DNA of 40,427 nucleotides from an uncultured Gimesia sp. (GTDB taxonomy: Bacteria; Planctomycetota; Planctomycetia; Planctomycetales; Planctomycetaceae), in NCBI RefSeq assembly GCF_937919775.1, contig NZ_CALFPF010000429.1, forward strand, positions 1 to 40,427, written 5' to 3'. This document shows, piece after piece, positions 30,018 through 38,854 of this stretch. The position numbers were made by a program, and so were the translations under genes. The first letter of the stretch is position 1. Each line of letters starts with the position of its first letter. Below the pieces are notes generated by a model. That model did not search any database and was not told where the DNA came from. It worked only from the letters and a program-made list of their open reading frames with translations.

Positions 30018-30370
30018 CCAACTCTCCCAATCTTCAATAGTGGTACTTGCAAACAACCGAAACGACGCAAGCTCTCAAAATAACGAACCCTGCGTACTAA
30101 ATACAATCATAGCCCATGACCACTACAAAAAGAACCCCGAAAATGTCAGCCGAGTGTCGGATTGAACGCCTGATTGCCGGGAGATCCGATTTTTCAGCCG
30201 CTTCATGATTGATCTTACCATGAAATTTCAGCCTATTTTCAGCCGCTACTCTTTTTTCTGCAGTTGATAATGTAGAATGTTCATCTATAAAGGTAAGTAA
30301 GTACTTACGACATCAACTGGAACGCGGATCACAGGCCGACCGCCCCATTTTCATTTTACAGGAGAGAAAC

Positions 30371-30796
30371 ATGGACAAGCAGACAATGATTGCGCATCTG
30401 AATGAGGATCTGGCGAGTGAACTTTCCGCCATCATTCAATATACGACGTATGCTGCCAAAGCCACGGGCCCCTACCGACCACAGCTGACACAGTTTTTCC
30501 TCGCCGAAGTGCCCGACGAACAACTGCACGCGCAATATCTGGCAAATAAAATTGTGGCTTTAGGCGGCGAGCCAACCACCGTTCCGGCGAAAGTCGCTGA
30601 AGCACACAGCAACCGGGAAATGCTGGAAGCCGTTCTCGCAGCAGAGAAAGCAGCGACCGCCGGTTACACCACCCGCGCCAAGGAAGCAGAAGCGTTTGGC
30701 GACAAAGGCATGGCCGTTCAACTCGAAGACATGATCCGCGATGAAAGCGGACACGCCGAAGAAGTCGAACGCATTCTGCGCGACTGGCCTTTATAA
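30371..30796 (+). CDS. Bacterioferritin-like ferritin-superfamily protein
   Basis: Ferroxidase pattern ELSAIIQY, DEQLH, AEKAA and DESGH; IVALGGEP; AGGAG RBS. Confidence 0.87.
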   Translation: MDKQTMIAHLNEDLASELSAIIQYTTYAAKATGPYRPQLTQFFLAEVPDEQLHAQYLANKIVALGGEPTTVPAKVAEAHSNREMLEAVLAAEKAATAGYTTRAKEAEAFGDKGMAVQLEDMIRDESGHAEEVERILRDWPL

Positions 30797-30808
30797 GCAA
30801 AACGCAAC

Positions 30809-31155
30809 GTTCGCATTTGTTTTGGGTTAGCGAAACCAAATCGTAGGGGCAGCCCTGTGTGGCTGCCCGCCTGGTCGGGGTTCTATTTGTGATACAGGTA
30901 AGAATGGGGCCAGAGAAAGCAGTCGTACGTTTCCACGCAAACACACCACCTCAGCGGGCGGCCACATAGGGCCGCACCCTACATCAACACGGGGCAGACG
31001 GTTTCACTGGTATCGAAACAGATCTTCGTAGGGGCGTGACCCATGTGTCCGCCCGCCTGGTGACGTGTCATACAAAATCATTCTTGGAATGGAACCGGAA
31101 AAAACGTCGAACGATTCCACGTAAACTACATCGAGACAACGGGTCGACCCCTACG
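30809..31155. repeat. Two tandem GTAG-type REP doublets (family B, REPIN-like)
   Basis: GTAGGGGCAGCCCTGTGTGGCTGCCC...GGGCGGCCACATAGGGCCGCACCCTAC (30843-30982), then GTAGGGGCGTGACCCATGTGTCCGCCC...GGGTCGACCCCTAC (31028-31154); spacers are homologous. Confidence 0.88.
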
Positions 31156-31191
31156 CGTTGCCAACAGTGAATACAAAACGCGCCCGCGAAC

Positions 31192-32406
31192 CTACTTCGT
31201 CAACGTTCCGAAAAAGAATGGCATCAGTTGATGTCCTTTCGGCAACAGCAGATTACTGTCGGCCGCCGTGACTTCGTCATAACTGTTTGCCTGATCGGGA
31301 CGCACCCGGGTGCCACAGATGGCGAACGGAACATAACCGTGGCTGTGCGTCTTCGTTCTCAAAAACGTCGGATGATCAGGACAAACCAGAATGCGATAAT
31401 CGCCTTGCTCTTTCAGGTAATCGTGCACCGGGCCGACGATGTGTTCGTCGATGCGTTCCAGAGCCTTCACCTTTTCCTCTGCTTCTCCTTCATGGGAAGC
31501 CTCATCGGTCGCTTCGACATGCACGACGACGAAGTCAGACTTCTGCAAAGTCTCGATTGCGGCGCGTCCTTTGGCCGCATAATCGGTGTCGGTATAACCG
31601 GTGGCTCCCTCCACCTCGATCACATCCCAACCGAGCAATTTTCCCAGTCCCCGCAGTAAATCAACGGCGGTGATCACAGCGCCTGTTTTTCCAAACTGTT
31701 CCAGAAACGGTTTGAGTGCGGGTCGGCTTCCCTGTCCCCAGAGCCAGATCTGTGTCGCCGCCGGCTGACCGTCGGCCCGGTTCTGATTTTTTTCCGACTT
31801 CAAAAACAGTTTCCTGCTGCGCTGCATCAGGTCCAGTAACAGCTCGCCCCCTCTGCCTGCAGGTAGCGCCTCGGCGATTGGCTGGTCTGTTAAATCATGG
31901 GGAGGCGTGGTCGAGGTTCTCGCATCAAAAGGCTGGTCTTCCGGATTCTGTGCCCGGTAGATCAACAAATTGCGATAACTGACCCCCTGGTGAAACTCCC
32001 ACTGAGGATCATTGGCCGTCGCTTCCTGCAGCAGTTCGATCAGCTCCGCGCCCACATCATTGGGAAGCTGCGACGCGGTAAAACTCGCCATGTTTCCGTC
32101 TGTGATCGTGACGAAGTTACATCGAATCGCCCAGTCATGCGGACCCAGTTCGATTCCCTGCGCAGCCGCTTCGAGCGGTGCACGTCCAGTGTGATACACC
32201 AGCGGGTCGTAACCAAACAGACTCATCGTCCCCACATCACTGCCGGACGGCATCGACGCCGGCACCGTGTCGGTTCTGCCGAGAATTCCCTGTGAAACAA
32301 TCGCATCCATCCGGGGTACGCGGGCGGCCTGTAAAGGGGTTTTACCCCCGAATGCGTCCTGCGGTTCATCCGCACAACCATCTGGAATCACGAGCACATA
32401 TTTCAT
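31192..32406 (-). CDS. apgM: Cofactor-independent phosphoglycerate mutase, ApgM (archaeal-type) family
   Basis: MKYVLVIPDGCADEP, GKTPLQAA, PSGSDV, TGRAPLEA, SYRNL, DEASH and PDHPT...THS. Confidence 0.88.
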   Translation of the reverse strand: MKYVLVIPDGCADEPQDAFGGKTPLQAARVPRMDAIVSQGILGRTDTVPASMPSGSDVGTMSLFGYDPLVYHTGRAPLEAAAQGIELGPHDWAIRCNFVTITDGNMASFTASQLPNDVGAELIELLQEATANDPQWEFHQGVSYRNLLIYRAQNPEDQPFDARTSTTPPHDLTDQPIAEALPAGRGGELLLDLMQRSRKLFLKSEKNQNRADGQPAATQIWLWGQGSRPALKPFLEQFGKTGAVITAVDLLRGLGKLLGWDVIEVEGATGYTDTDYAAKGRAAIETLQKSDFVVVHVEATDEASHEGEAEEKVKALERIDEHIVGPVHDYLKEQGDYRILVCPDHPTFLRTKTHSHGYVPFAICGTRVRPDQANSYDEVTAADSNLLLPKGHQLMPFFFGTLTK

Positions 32407-32574
32407 CTTGGGGACACTAACTCTCGGGCAGGATCTGGGAATATCAAATGAACAGAACAGTTTTGTCCTCAATATCCTGAATTTTCGATCTCCCCGCAAG
32501 TAACCTGAGTCATGAAATTGCGACACAACCCGTTTCCGGAACCTCTGTGGCGGAATGGCGCGAAAAGACGCCTG

Positions 32575-33939
32575 TTATTGTGGTTTCGGATCGGCTTCCA
32601 CAAAATCTTCCGGCGGCGTCATTTCTTTCGTGATCACCTTCCAGGAGTCACCCATTTCCCGAAATCGATTGAAATCTTTCGGCTTGTAGGAAATTTCCAG
32701 TTGGGGCGTTTTCATCAACGCCGAGCCTTTTTCAAAATAAGAATGCATGGCGACATCCAGAGCGCCGGTCATCAACAGCGTCCTCTCACACGGATAAGGT
32801 TCTTCCTTGTGGACGAACAGATGTTGAATCGCGTGCGAAAAAGCTCGGAACAGATTGCGGTTCCCCCACGGGCCGGGGTAAAACGTTGTCCCTTTCGGCT
32901 GGTTTTCCCCTTTGACCTGACAGGCAAAGTTCCAGCGAAAACCATTCAAACCAATTTTAAGCATGCTCGCACGAAAACCGTCTTTGTATTCCAGCAGAAT
33001 GCCGTGCGGCTCCGCTGTGCCTTCCTCGCCAATCTGATCAAAGAGCCCCCGTTTGGTAGTTCCCAGTTCGGCCTGCATGGCGGCTTCCGCCAGCTTCATT
33101 GACCAGCGCCCCTCTTTGCCGGCTTTGATCAGGTCATCCCCTTTCAAAAACTGAACGGACGAAATGCCGGTCTCGCCACCTTTGCGAAATTCCACCATCG
33201 ACTGCAGAACTTCGAGACCGTGAATGTCGTATTTTTCGATTGGCCCGCCGTGAATCGAAACAGCACCTTCCAGTTCGGTTCCCACCGGAATTTCCAGCGG
33301 AATGGTGCGTTGTGCCAGCGGAACCGAACTGCCGACCATCATCGGGAACTCATACTTCCGCGAGGTATCATACATCTCCCGCGCCCAGTCCCAGCGATAG
33401 GAAAAGTGTTTGTCGCTGAACAGAGGCACGAAACGATGCGACTGCTTCATGACGTCCACGATTTCATCAAAAAACCGTTTGCGGGGATACATGGTCTGCC
33501 CGAATTTCGTATCGGGATAATCGCCGTGCTCACCAATCGACAGGACGGCGTCGACCGCCAGTTCATCGCCGCCCAGACACAACGCTTCGCGGATCGTTTT
33601 ATAAATCGGTATGTCATACTTCTTCGCGACGCCGCGCGAGAGATCGCGGTCGGTAAACTGATCGCCATAAAACGAGAGCACATCACACTGCGGCTGATGA
33701 ATCTTGCCATTAAACAGATACGGCCCGAGGAAGGGATGCAGAATATGATACGCGTGCGAGCAATAAAAGAACTGCGTGTAGATCGCAGCGACCTTTGGCC
33801 GTTTGGTTTCGGCGGCACCGAGATCGGGCTGCAACCAGTTCAACCCAGCGGTCCCCGCCATCGCGGCGGCTCCCAGTTTTAACAGATCACGGCGGGACAG
33901 AGAATCAGACAAAGGGTGCGGTCGGTTCGCATCTGACAT
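32575..33939 (-). CDS. Tat-exported conserved hypothetical protein (possibly a divergent Gfo/Idh/MocA-like fold)
   Basis: CAGGAG RBS, SRRDLLK Tat motif, DAVLSIGEHGDYP, FSDKH, GSSVP, YDIHGLE and PYPCERTL. Confidence 0.75.
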   Translation of the reverse strand: MSDANRPHPLSDSLSRRDLLKLGAAAMAGTAGLNWLQPDLGAAETKRPKVAAIYTQFFYCSHAYHILHPFLGPYLFNGKIHQPQCDVLSFYGDQFTDRDLSRGVAKKYDIPIYKTIREALCLGGDELAVDAVLSIGEHGDYPDTKFGQTMYPRKRFFDEIVDVMKQSHRFVPLFSDKHFSYRWDWAREMYDTSRKYEFPMMVGSSVPLAQRTIPLEIPVGTELEGAVSIHGGPIEKYDIHGLEVLQSMVEFRKGGETGISSVQFLKGDDLIKAGKEGRWSMKLAEAAMQAELGTTKRGLFDQIGEEGTAEPHGILLEYKDGFRASMLKIGLNGFRWNFACQVKGENQPKGTTFYPGPWGNRNLFRAFSHAIQHLFVHKEEPYPCERTLLMTGALDVAMHSYFEKGSALMKTPQLEISYKPKDFNRFREMGDSWKVITKEMTPPEDFVEADPKPQ

Positions 33940-34208
33940 CAGGGATGACTCCTGTGGTGGGACAATACAAGGCGAGACTCTGCACTCCATCGTATCAAAT
34001 ATTTTACATGTCTCCACCCGTTTTCGGGGTGGGAATGGAATTTCCTGCAGAATTTTGAGCGGGGGAAAGAATGTGTCGCATCCGGCTACGTGAGACCACT
34101 AGAATTGCCGGAAGGAATTGGCTTACACAAACTTGCCTCCAGGTCGTGTTTATTGATTGGTTTTGAATGTGATTCCCAGGACCGCAACCTGACCCAGGTC
34201 GGTTTTAA

Positions 34209-34293
34209 CCGCGGCTAACGCCGTGCGGCTGATTTTGTTTTCAGGTACTTTGACAGCCGTTATGACTTTTTAGCCGAAGGGCATTAGCCCCGG
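34209..34293. repeat. Pair of family-A variant REP hairpins
   Basis: Minus strand TCAG-CCG-CA-CGGC-GTTA-GCCG-CGG and plus strand TTAG-CCG-AA-GGGC-ATTA-GCCC-CGG. Confidence 0.7.
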
Positions 34294-34335
34294 TTGCTCC
34301 AGATTATAAGGACCATTCGAATTAAGAAACACGAT

Positions 34336-35154
34336 TTAGTCGGATGCCAGTTTGAGTTTGGGAACTTGCTTGACCGCAGTATCGGCCAGTCGATCGCCGA
34401 GGCGCCTGCCTGTCGCTAACAGCATGATCACCTCAGTCAGCACCATGACTAAAGCGACGGGGGAGCCGATGAATACTCCGATGATCGGAATGCAGAGTAA
34501 CAACGGCCCGATCGAGAGCGGAAGATTGCGCATGATCCGCGGCCCCACACGGTATTCATCGCCACTGTTATGAACCACGCGCATTCCCAGCAGCAGTTTT
34601 CCGGGACTCGATCCGGCCACATCCCGCAACAGCCAGTAGGCGAACAGAAAGACGCCAATGATGATCAGCCCCAGTATCGGTACGAAAACAAAAGGGACGA
34701 GCAGGAATGTGACCAGGCAATCGATAATGTAAGCGCAGGCGCGTCGTCCCGTACTCGCCGTTTCCATTGCTCCTGTCGATTTCATTACACGGGCCGATTT
34801 CTCTGTACCCGCGGAATTCTCTGCAGGGAGACTCACCGTAGCCAGGGAACGGGGCGGGGCGGGGCTGGTATTCGAACGCGCAACGGTCACCGTCGGCACG
34901 GGAGCACTGTTTCCGTTAGTAGACTGCTGACCTGCCGCGGGTTTCTGAACTACGGTCGGTTTCTGTCCCTCGGCCGGTTTGTTTTGATTTGCAGCAGACC
35001 GTTTTTTTGCCACAAAAGTCTGCAGGCGATCAATTTCTGCGGGGGTGAATTCGTCGTCCCCCTGGTCGGGAATGGTCATCCCCAGATGCTGGCAGATTTT
35101 TGACAACTGTTGTTCAGAAATTCGCAATTTCCGGCAGAGCCCGTTGGGATTCAT
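34336..35154 (-). CDS. RDD-family membrane protein with small N-terminal helical domain and low-complexity linker
   Basis: ASTGRRACAYIID, SPGKLLLGMRVV and RRLGDRLADTAV. GAGGAG RBS spacing favours the ATG at 35154. Confidence 0.87.
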   Translation of the reverse strand: MNPNGLCRKLRISEQQLSKICQHLGMTIPDQGDDEFTPAEIDRLQTFVAKKRSAANQNKPAEGQKPTVVQKPAAGQQSTNGNSAPVPTVTVARSNTSPAPPRSLATVSLPAENSAGTEKSARVMKSTGAMETASTGRRACAYIIDCLVTFLLVPFVFVPILGLIIIGVFLFAYWLLRDVAGSSPGKLLLGMRVVHNSGDEYRVGPRIMRNLPLSIGPLLLCIPIIGVFIGSPVALVMVLTEVIMLLATGRRLGDRLADTAVKQVPKLKLASD

Positions 35155-35553
35155 GGTCACTCCTCAGATAAAACAGTAGAGAATCTTGTGTTGGAAAGCC
35201 GTACACGACGTTTCAAATGGAAACGCCCCCGCTGCAGGGGCGGCATTCCTCGTGCACATCATCTCAAGCGAACTTCCAACCGGCACTTGGCGGCAAAAAT
35301 CGAAGATTTCAAAAAAATAACCAGAAGTAGACGGGAACCGGGAGAGTCCAATTTGCCGTAAGTCTTAGCGGGGCTTCACTCTGTCAGCAGGGGGGGAACA
35401 GTGCTGAGGTCGATTTTCGTGATGCTGCATTGTTGCTGGCGCTGACCGGCTGCACTCTTTTGCATTTTTGAATGAGAATGTGTCATAATGCGTTCACACT
35501 ACTGATACTGACTCACAGGCTGGCCTTTGATTGACCTTGGGAAGACGCTCTTT

Positions 35554-36981
35554 ATGACTGCTGCTATTAAACTCATCGACGCCACTCTTCACCGGACGGA
35601 AACGCGGACGCGGATGCCGTTTCGGTTTGGGGTTGCGGTGATGACGGCCGCGCCGCATGTGTTTTTGCAGTGTCGGTATGAGATTGATGGCACGGTCGTC
35701 ACCGGGATCGCTTCGGAAGGGCTGCTGCCGAAGTGGTTTGATAAGTCGCCTGACAAACCCGCCGCTCAAGAGATTGACGAGATGCTGCTCGTCATACGGC
35801 GGGCTGTCGGCTTTGCGCGGGAGGTCTCGGCTGCGTCGGCGTTTGAATTCTGGCAACAGGTCTATCAGGCCCAGGTGAAGTGGGCTGCGGAGCAGGGGCT
35901 GCCGTCACTGCTCGCGCAGTTTGGCGTCAGCATGGTCGAACGCACGCTGCTTGATGCGCTGGCGCGTGCCGAACAGTGTAATCTGGCAACGCTGCTGCGA
36001 GAAAATCGGGTGGGCCTGAATCTGGCGGCGATTCACCCGGAACTGGCGGGGCGCACGCCGGACGAGTTTCTTCCCGCGCAGCCGCTGTCGAAAATCATCG
36101 CCCGTCATACGGTGGGACTTTCTGATCCGCTGACGGCCGCGGATCTGACGACCGAAAACGGCATTCACGATGGACTTCCTCAAACTCTGGAAGACTGCAT
36201 TCGCTTTTATGGATTGTATCATTTCAAACTTAAAGTGCAGGGGGATGTCGACCAGGATCTGGAACGGCTGCGATCTGTCGCGCGCGTCATCACCCGGCAG
36301 TGCGGCACCAGCTACGCCTTCACTCTGGACGGCAACGAGCAGTATCGCGAGTTCCCCCGTTTCGTCGAACTGTGGGACCGCATTCAGGCCGATGCGTCGC
36401 TGCATGCCTTCTTTGAACGACTGATCTTCATCGAGCAGCCGTTGTATCGGGATGTGGCCCTCGATCCAGCCATCGCGAACATTGCCGACTGGAAAAACGG
36501 TCCCCCCGTGATCATCGATGAATCGGACGCGGAACTCGGCGCGCTGGCACAGGCGCTCAAACTGGGTTACGCGGGCACGAGCCACAAGAACTGCAAAGGC
36601 ATCATGAAGGCGGCCGCCCATCGCTGTCTGATCAACCATCGTAACGCGACGGAAAACACGAACCGCTATCAGATGAGCGGCGAAGACCTGGTGAATATCG
36701 GCCCGGTCGCGTTACTGCAGGATCTGGCGGCACAGGCGGCGCTGGGTAATACGTCAGTCGAACGCAACGGCCATCACTACTATCACGGCCTGTCCGCGTT
36801 TCCGAAGTCGATCAGTCAGTCCATGCTGCAGCACCACGGCGACTTGTACACACCGATGGACGACGGCTACGCGCGCGTCAACATCACCGGCGGCGAACTG
36901 GATCTGACGTCCATCAACGCCGCGCCGTTCGGTGTCGGCGTAGAGATCCCCATGGACGCGTTTCAGGAATTGTCACTCTGA
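35554..36981 (+). CDS. Enolase-superfamily (mandelate racemase-like) enzyme of unknown substrate
   Basis: RMPFRFG capping domain, FKLK, LDGNE, FIEQP, IIDES and SHKNCKG. Confidence 0.75.
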   Translation: MTAAIKLIDATLHRTETRTRMPFRFGVAVMTAAPHVFLQCRYEIDGTVVTGIASEGLLPKWFDKSPDKPAAQEIDEMLLVIRRAVGFAREVSAASAFEFWQQVYQAQVKWAAEQGLPSLLAQFGVSMVERTLLDALARAEQCNLATLLRENRVGLNLAAIHPELAGRTPDEFLPAQPLSKIIARHTVGLSDPLTAADLTTENGIHDGLPQTLEDCIRFYGLYHFKLKVQGDVDQDLERLRSVARVITRQCGTSYAFTLDGNEQYREFPRFVELWDRIQADASLHAFFERLIFIEQPLYRDVALDPAIANIADWKNGPPVIIDESDAELGALAQALKLGYAGTSHKNCKGIMKAAAHRCLINHRNATENTNRYQMSGEDLVNIGPVALLQDLAAQAALGNTSVERNGHHYYHGLSAFPKSISQSMLQHHGDLYTPMDDGYARVNITGGELDLTSINAAPFGVGVEIPMDAFQELSL

Positions 36982-36991
36982 GCGAAATCAA

Positions 36992-37070
36992 GTGAGCGGC
37001 TCGGCGCCAGCCGCCGGTTTTGTGTTGGGGACGCTGGTTCAAAAACGGTGGCTAGCGGCATTCCGCTCAC
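36992..37070. repeat. REP-like inverted doublet, family A
   Basis: GTGAGCGGCTCGGCGCCAGCCGCCG-spacer-CGGTGGCTAGCGGCATTCCGCTCAC. Spacer reverse complement resembles the 12.2 kb spacer. Confidence 0.9.
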
Positions 37071-37112
37071 AAAACCAGTATGTAGAAACTGTTCGAAATG
37101 ATTCTTTTTTTC

Positions 37113-37180
37113 TACCACGAAAATCACGAAAGACACGAAATTCAATGGGATGGATTTCCTTTTTCGTGTCTTTCGTGGTA
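37113..37180. repeat. Inverted repeat built of CACGAAA units
   Basis: TACCACGAAAATCACGAAAGACACGAAA ... TTTCGTGTCTTTCGTGGTA. Confidence 0.8.
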
Positions 37181-37217
37181 GTAAAGCAATCAGGTCTTTA
37201 AAGAGGTGTTACGCAAA

Positions 37218-37616
37218 ATGATGGGGCACAGCTACTCATGTGATCGGTGCGATTTCGAGTTTTGCTCGGGATGGTCGCACCATGCTGGTGGTTTATTTGT
37301 TGTTTGCCCTTCCTGCGCCGCACAATTTACTCTTGGCGACGGACAATCGGAATGGGGCCCCCGCGAGGGCGAAACACTGCGGCTGATGGCACTTGGCCCG
37401 GACGGTGAGGAGCCGACTGAAATACGTGCCGTGATACACATTTTACCAAGAGAGAATGACGAAGAATGGGATTTAGTGGTCCGGCTCAACTTTGGCAATG
37501 TGCCTTGTCCCCAATGCGACACGGATGAAAAACTGATACAGGAATTCGACGCGGGGCAAAGCTGCCCTCAATGTCACGAGGGGAAGATAGAGCGTACGGG
37601 ATCATGTATCTATTGA
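37218..37616 (+). CDS. Acidic Cys-rich putative zinc-ribbon protein
   Basis: Four CxxC pairs (CDRC, CPSC, CPQC, CPQC); GAGGTG upstream. Confidence 0.75.
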   Translation: MMGHSYSCDRCDFEFCSGWSHHAGGLFVVCPSCAAQFTLGDGQSEWGPREGETLRLMALGPDGEEPTEIRAVIHILPRENDEEWDLVVRLNFGNVPCPQCDTDEKLIQEFDAGQSCPQCHEGKIERTGSCIY

Positions 37617-37664
37617 TGATCGGACTCTGTCACAGGAGTCAGCCGCAATCCTGTGCGACACGGT

Positions 37665-38129
37665 TTATTCTGTTTTGCGGGTCCATAACCATTTTCCATC
37701 GGGATGCGCTTTGTCTACCGGATGATTCACGATGTGCTGCTGACCGCTGTCAGAAAACTCAATCTTAAACTGATAAGTCTCCTGGATGCGTGACCGCTGA
37801 ATTGAGTCCAGCGACAGACTGAGACTGGCGACGCTGAGCGAGCGGGGAAACTCATACGGCTGCCAGACGGTGACGATCAACTCTCCTTCATCGATGCGCC
37901 AGTGACCTGCAAACTGCCCGGTGGAGGTGGTGAATTTTCGATCCGGTTTAAAAATTCGAGTGGGCACGCCGGGCTCCGCGGACCATTGGCCCACCAGTTG
38001 TAACTCTGCCGCGGTCAAAGGGGGCTGGTTGTCTGCGGTAAGCTGATACGCGCATAAAAGCAGAATGATGCCTGCCGTGCCTGCCAGCAGCACTCGCTTT
38101 CGTCTCTGTTTGAAGTTGAACCATTTCAT
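37665..38129 (-). CDS. Hypothetical protein with N-terminal membrane anchor
   Basis: KQRRKR followed by a hydrophobic helix; LVGQW...GHWRID lipocalin-like strands. Confidence 0.65.
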   Translation of the reverse strand: MKWFNFKQRRKRVLLAGTAGIILLLCAYQLTADNQPPLTAAELQLVGQWSAEPGVPTRIFKPDRKFTTSTGQFAGHWRIDEGELIVTVWQPYEFPRSLSVASLSLSLDSIQRSRIQETYQFKIEFSDSGQQHIVNHPVDKAHPDGKWLWTRKTE

Positions 38130-38254
38130 CGGCGTGCCTTGGATTCGTTTCACTGCGACGTGGACCTGCTCACTCTATCAGCTTACCAGTTTTCATCTCT
38201 CCGGGGCAGTGGCGATCTGGTAAAATTGTTGGTCGTTATTTTGTTGGTGAAAAA

Positions 38255-38382
38255 AACGGCAGCTCGCGCCGTGCCGCTCACAGTGGGGGGGGTTCCAGGA
38301 TTTTCTGAGTGGTTTTGCTTTAACGGCAGCTAGCGCTTTGCCGCTCAGGGTGGGATTCATTCAGGATTTTCTGAGTGGTTTT
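38255..38382. repeat. Tandem ~67-bp duplication, each unit carrying a single family-A REP
   Basis: AACGGCAGCT.GCGC..TGCCGCTCA at 38255 and 38322; CAGGATTTTCTGAGTGGTTTT at 38296 and 38362. Confidence 0.8.
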
Positions 38383-38786
38383 TTGGGGTCGGTGGTTGTT
38401 CTCTGCGGGCAGGCACATGGGTGTATGTCTGCAATGAATATTTTATCGTGCTGATTTTGTTTCATGGCGTGGGAGAGTCAAGTGGGAACGATGAATTGTT
38501 TTTGGGAACGTCCAGTGAATCGGAAACGAAGTTCTATGAACCTGCAGCGAACTTCAATGAAACAAATTCGAAGCGCTGCGATAAACGGGGCACGTATGAG
38601 TAGCGGTTTTGGAAATCGCGCTGAAACAGGGGACTTTTATAGTGTGCTTTCGGCACTGCTGCAGAATATTCCAGTGAATTTGTTGTTTGCACTCGCGCGG
38701 ACGACGCTTATAACGCAACAGCATTCACGCCGGCGCGACGAGGTCAAGTTCATTTTTTCAGGATGGTCCGTTGCGCTGACGGAAAT

Positions 38787-38826
38787 AAAAAAACGATGCA
38801 GAGCATGATGGCTGCTCTGCATCGTT
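38787..38826 (-). terminator. Intrinsic terminator of the dehydrogenase gene
   Basis: Perfect stem AACGATGCAGAGCA-N7-TGCTCTGCATCGTT with a minus-strand U-run, about 30 nt after the stop codon. Confidence 0.85.
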
Positions 38827-38854
38827 GATATGAGGTCTCATTATGTCTCAGAAT

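Noticed and set aside
30266-30284. Fur box upstream of the ferritin-like gene
   Set aside because: Only the GATAATG half matches (10 of 19 by manual comparison).
891-36639. Other long antisense or overlapping ORFs (e.g. 891..1439, 7594..8214, 32512..33102, 33220..33882, 35905..36639)
   Set aside because: Each lies opposite a well-supported gene and lacks recognisable protein features.
38255-38382. Possible mini-CRISPR (repeats at about 67-bp period)
   Set aside because: Only two units, the intervening sequences are themselves similar, and no cas genes are present.
38400-38810. ORFs 38421..38603 and 38464..38808
   Set aside because: No RBS or motif support, and the longer one runs into the terminator hairpin.
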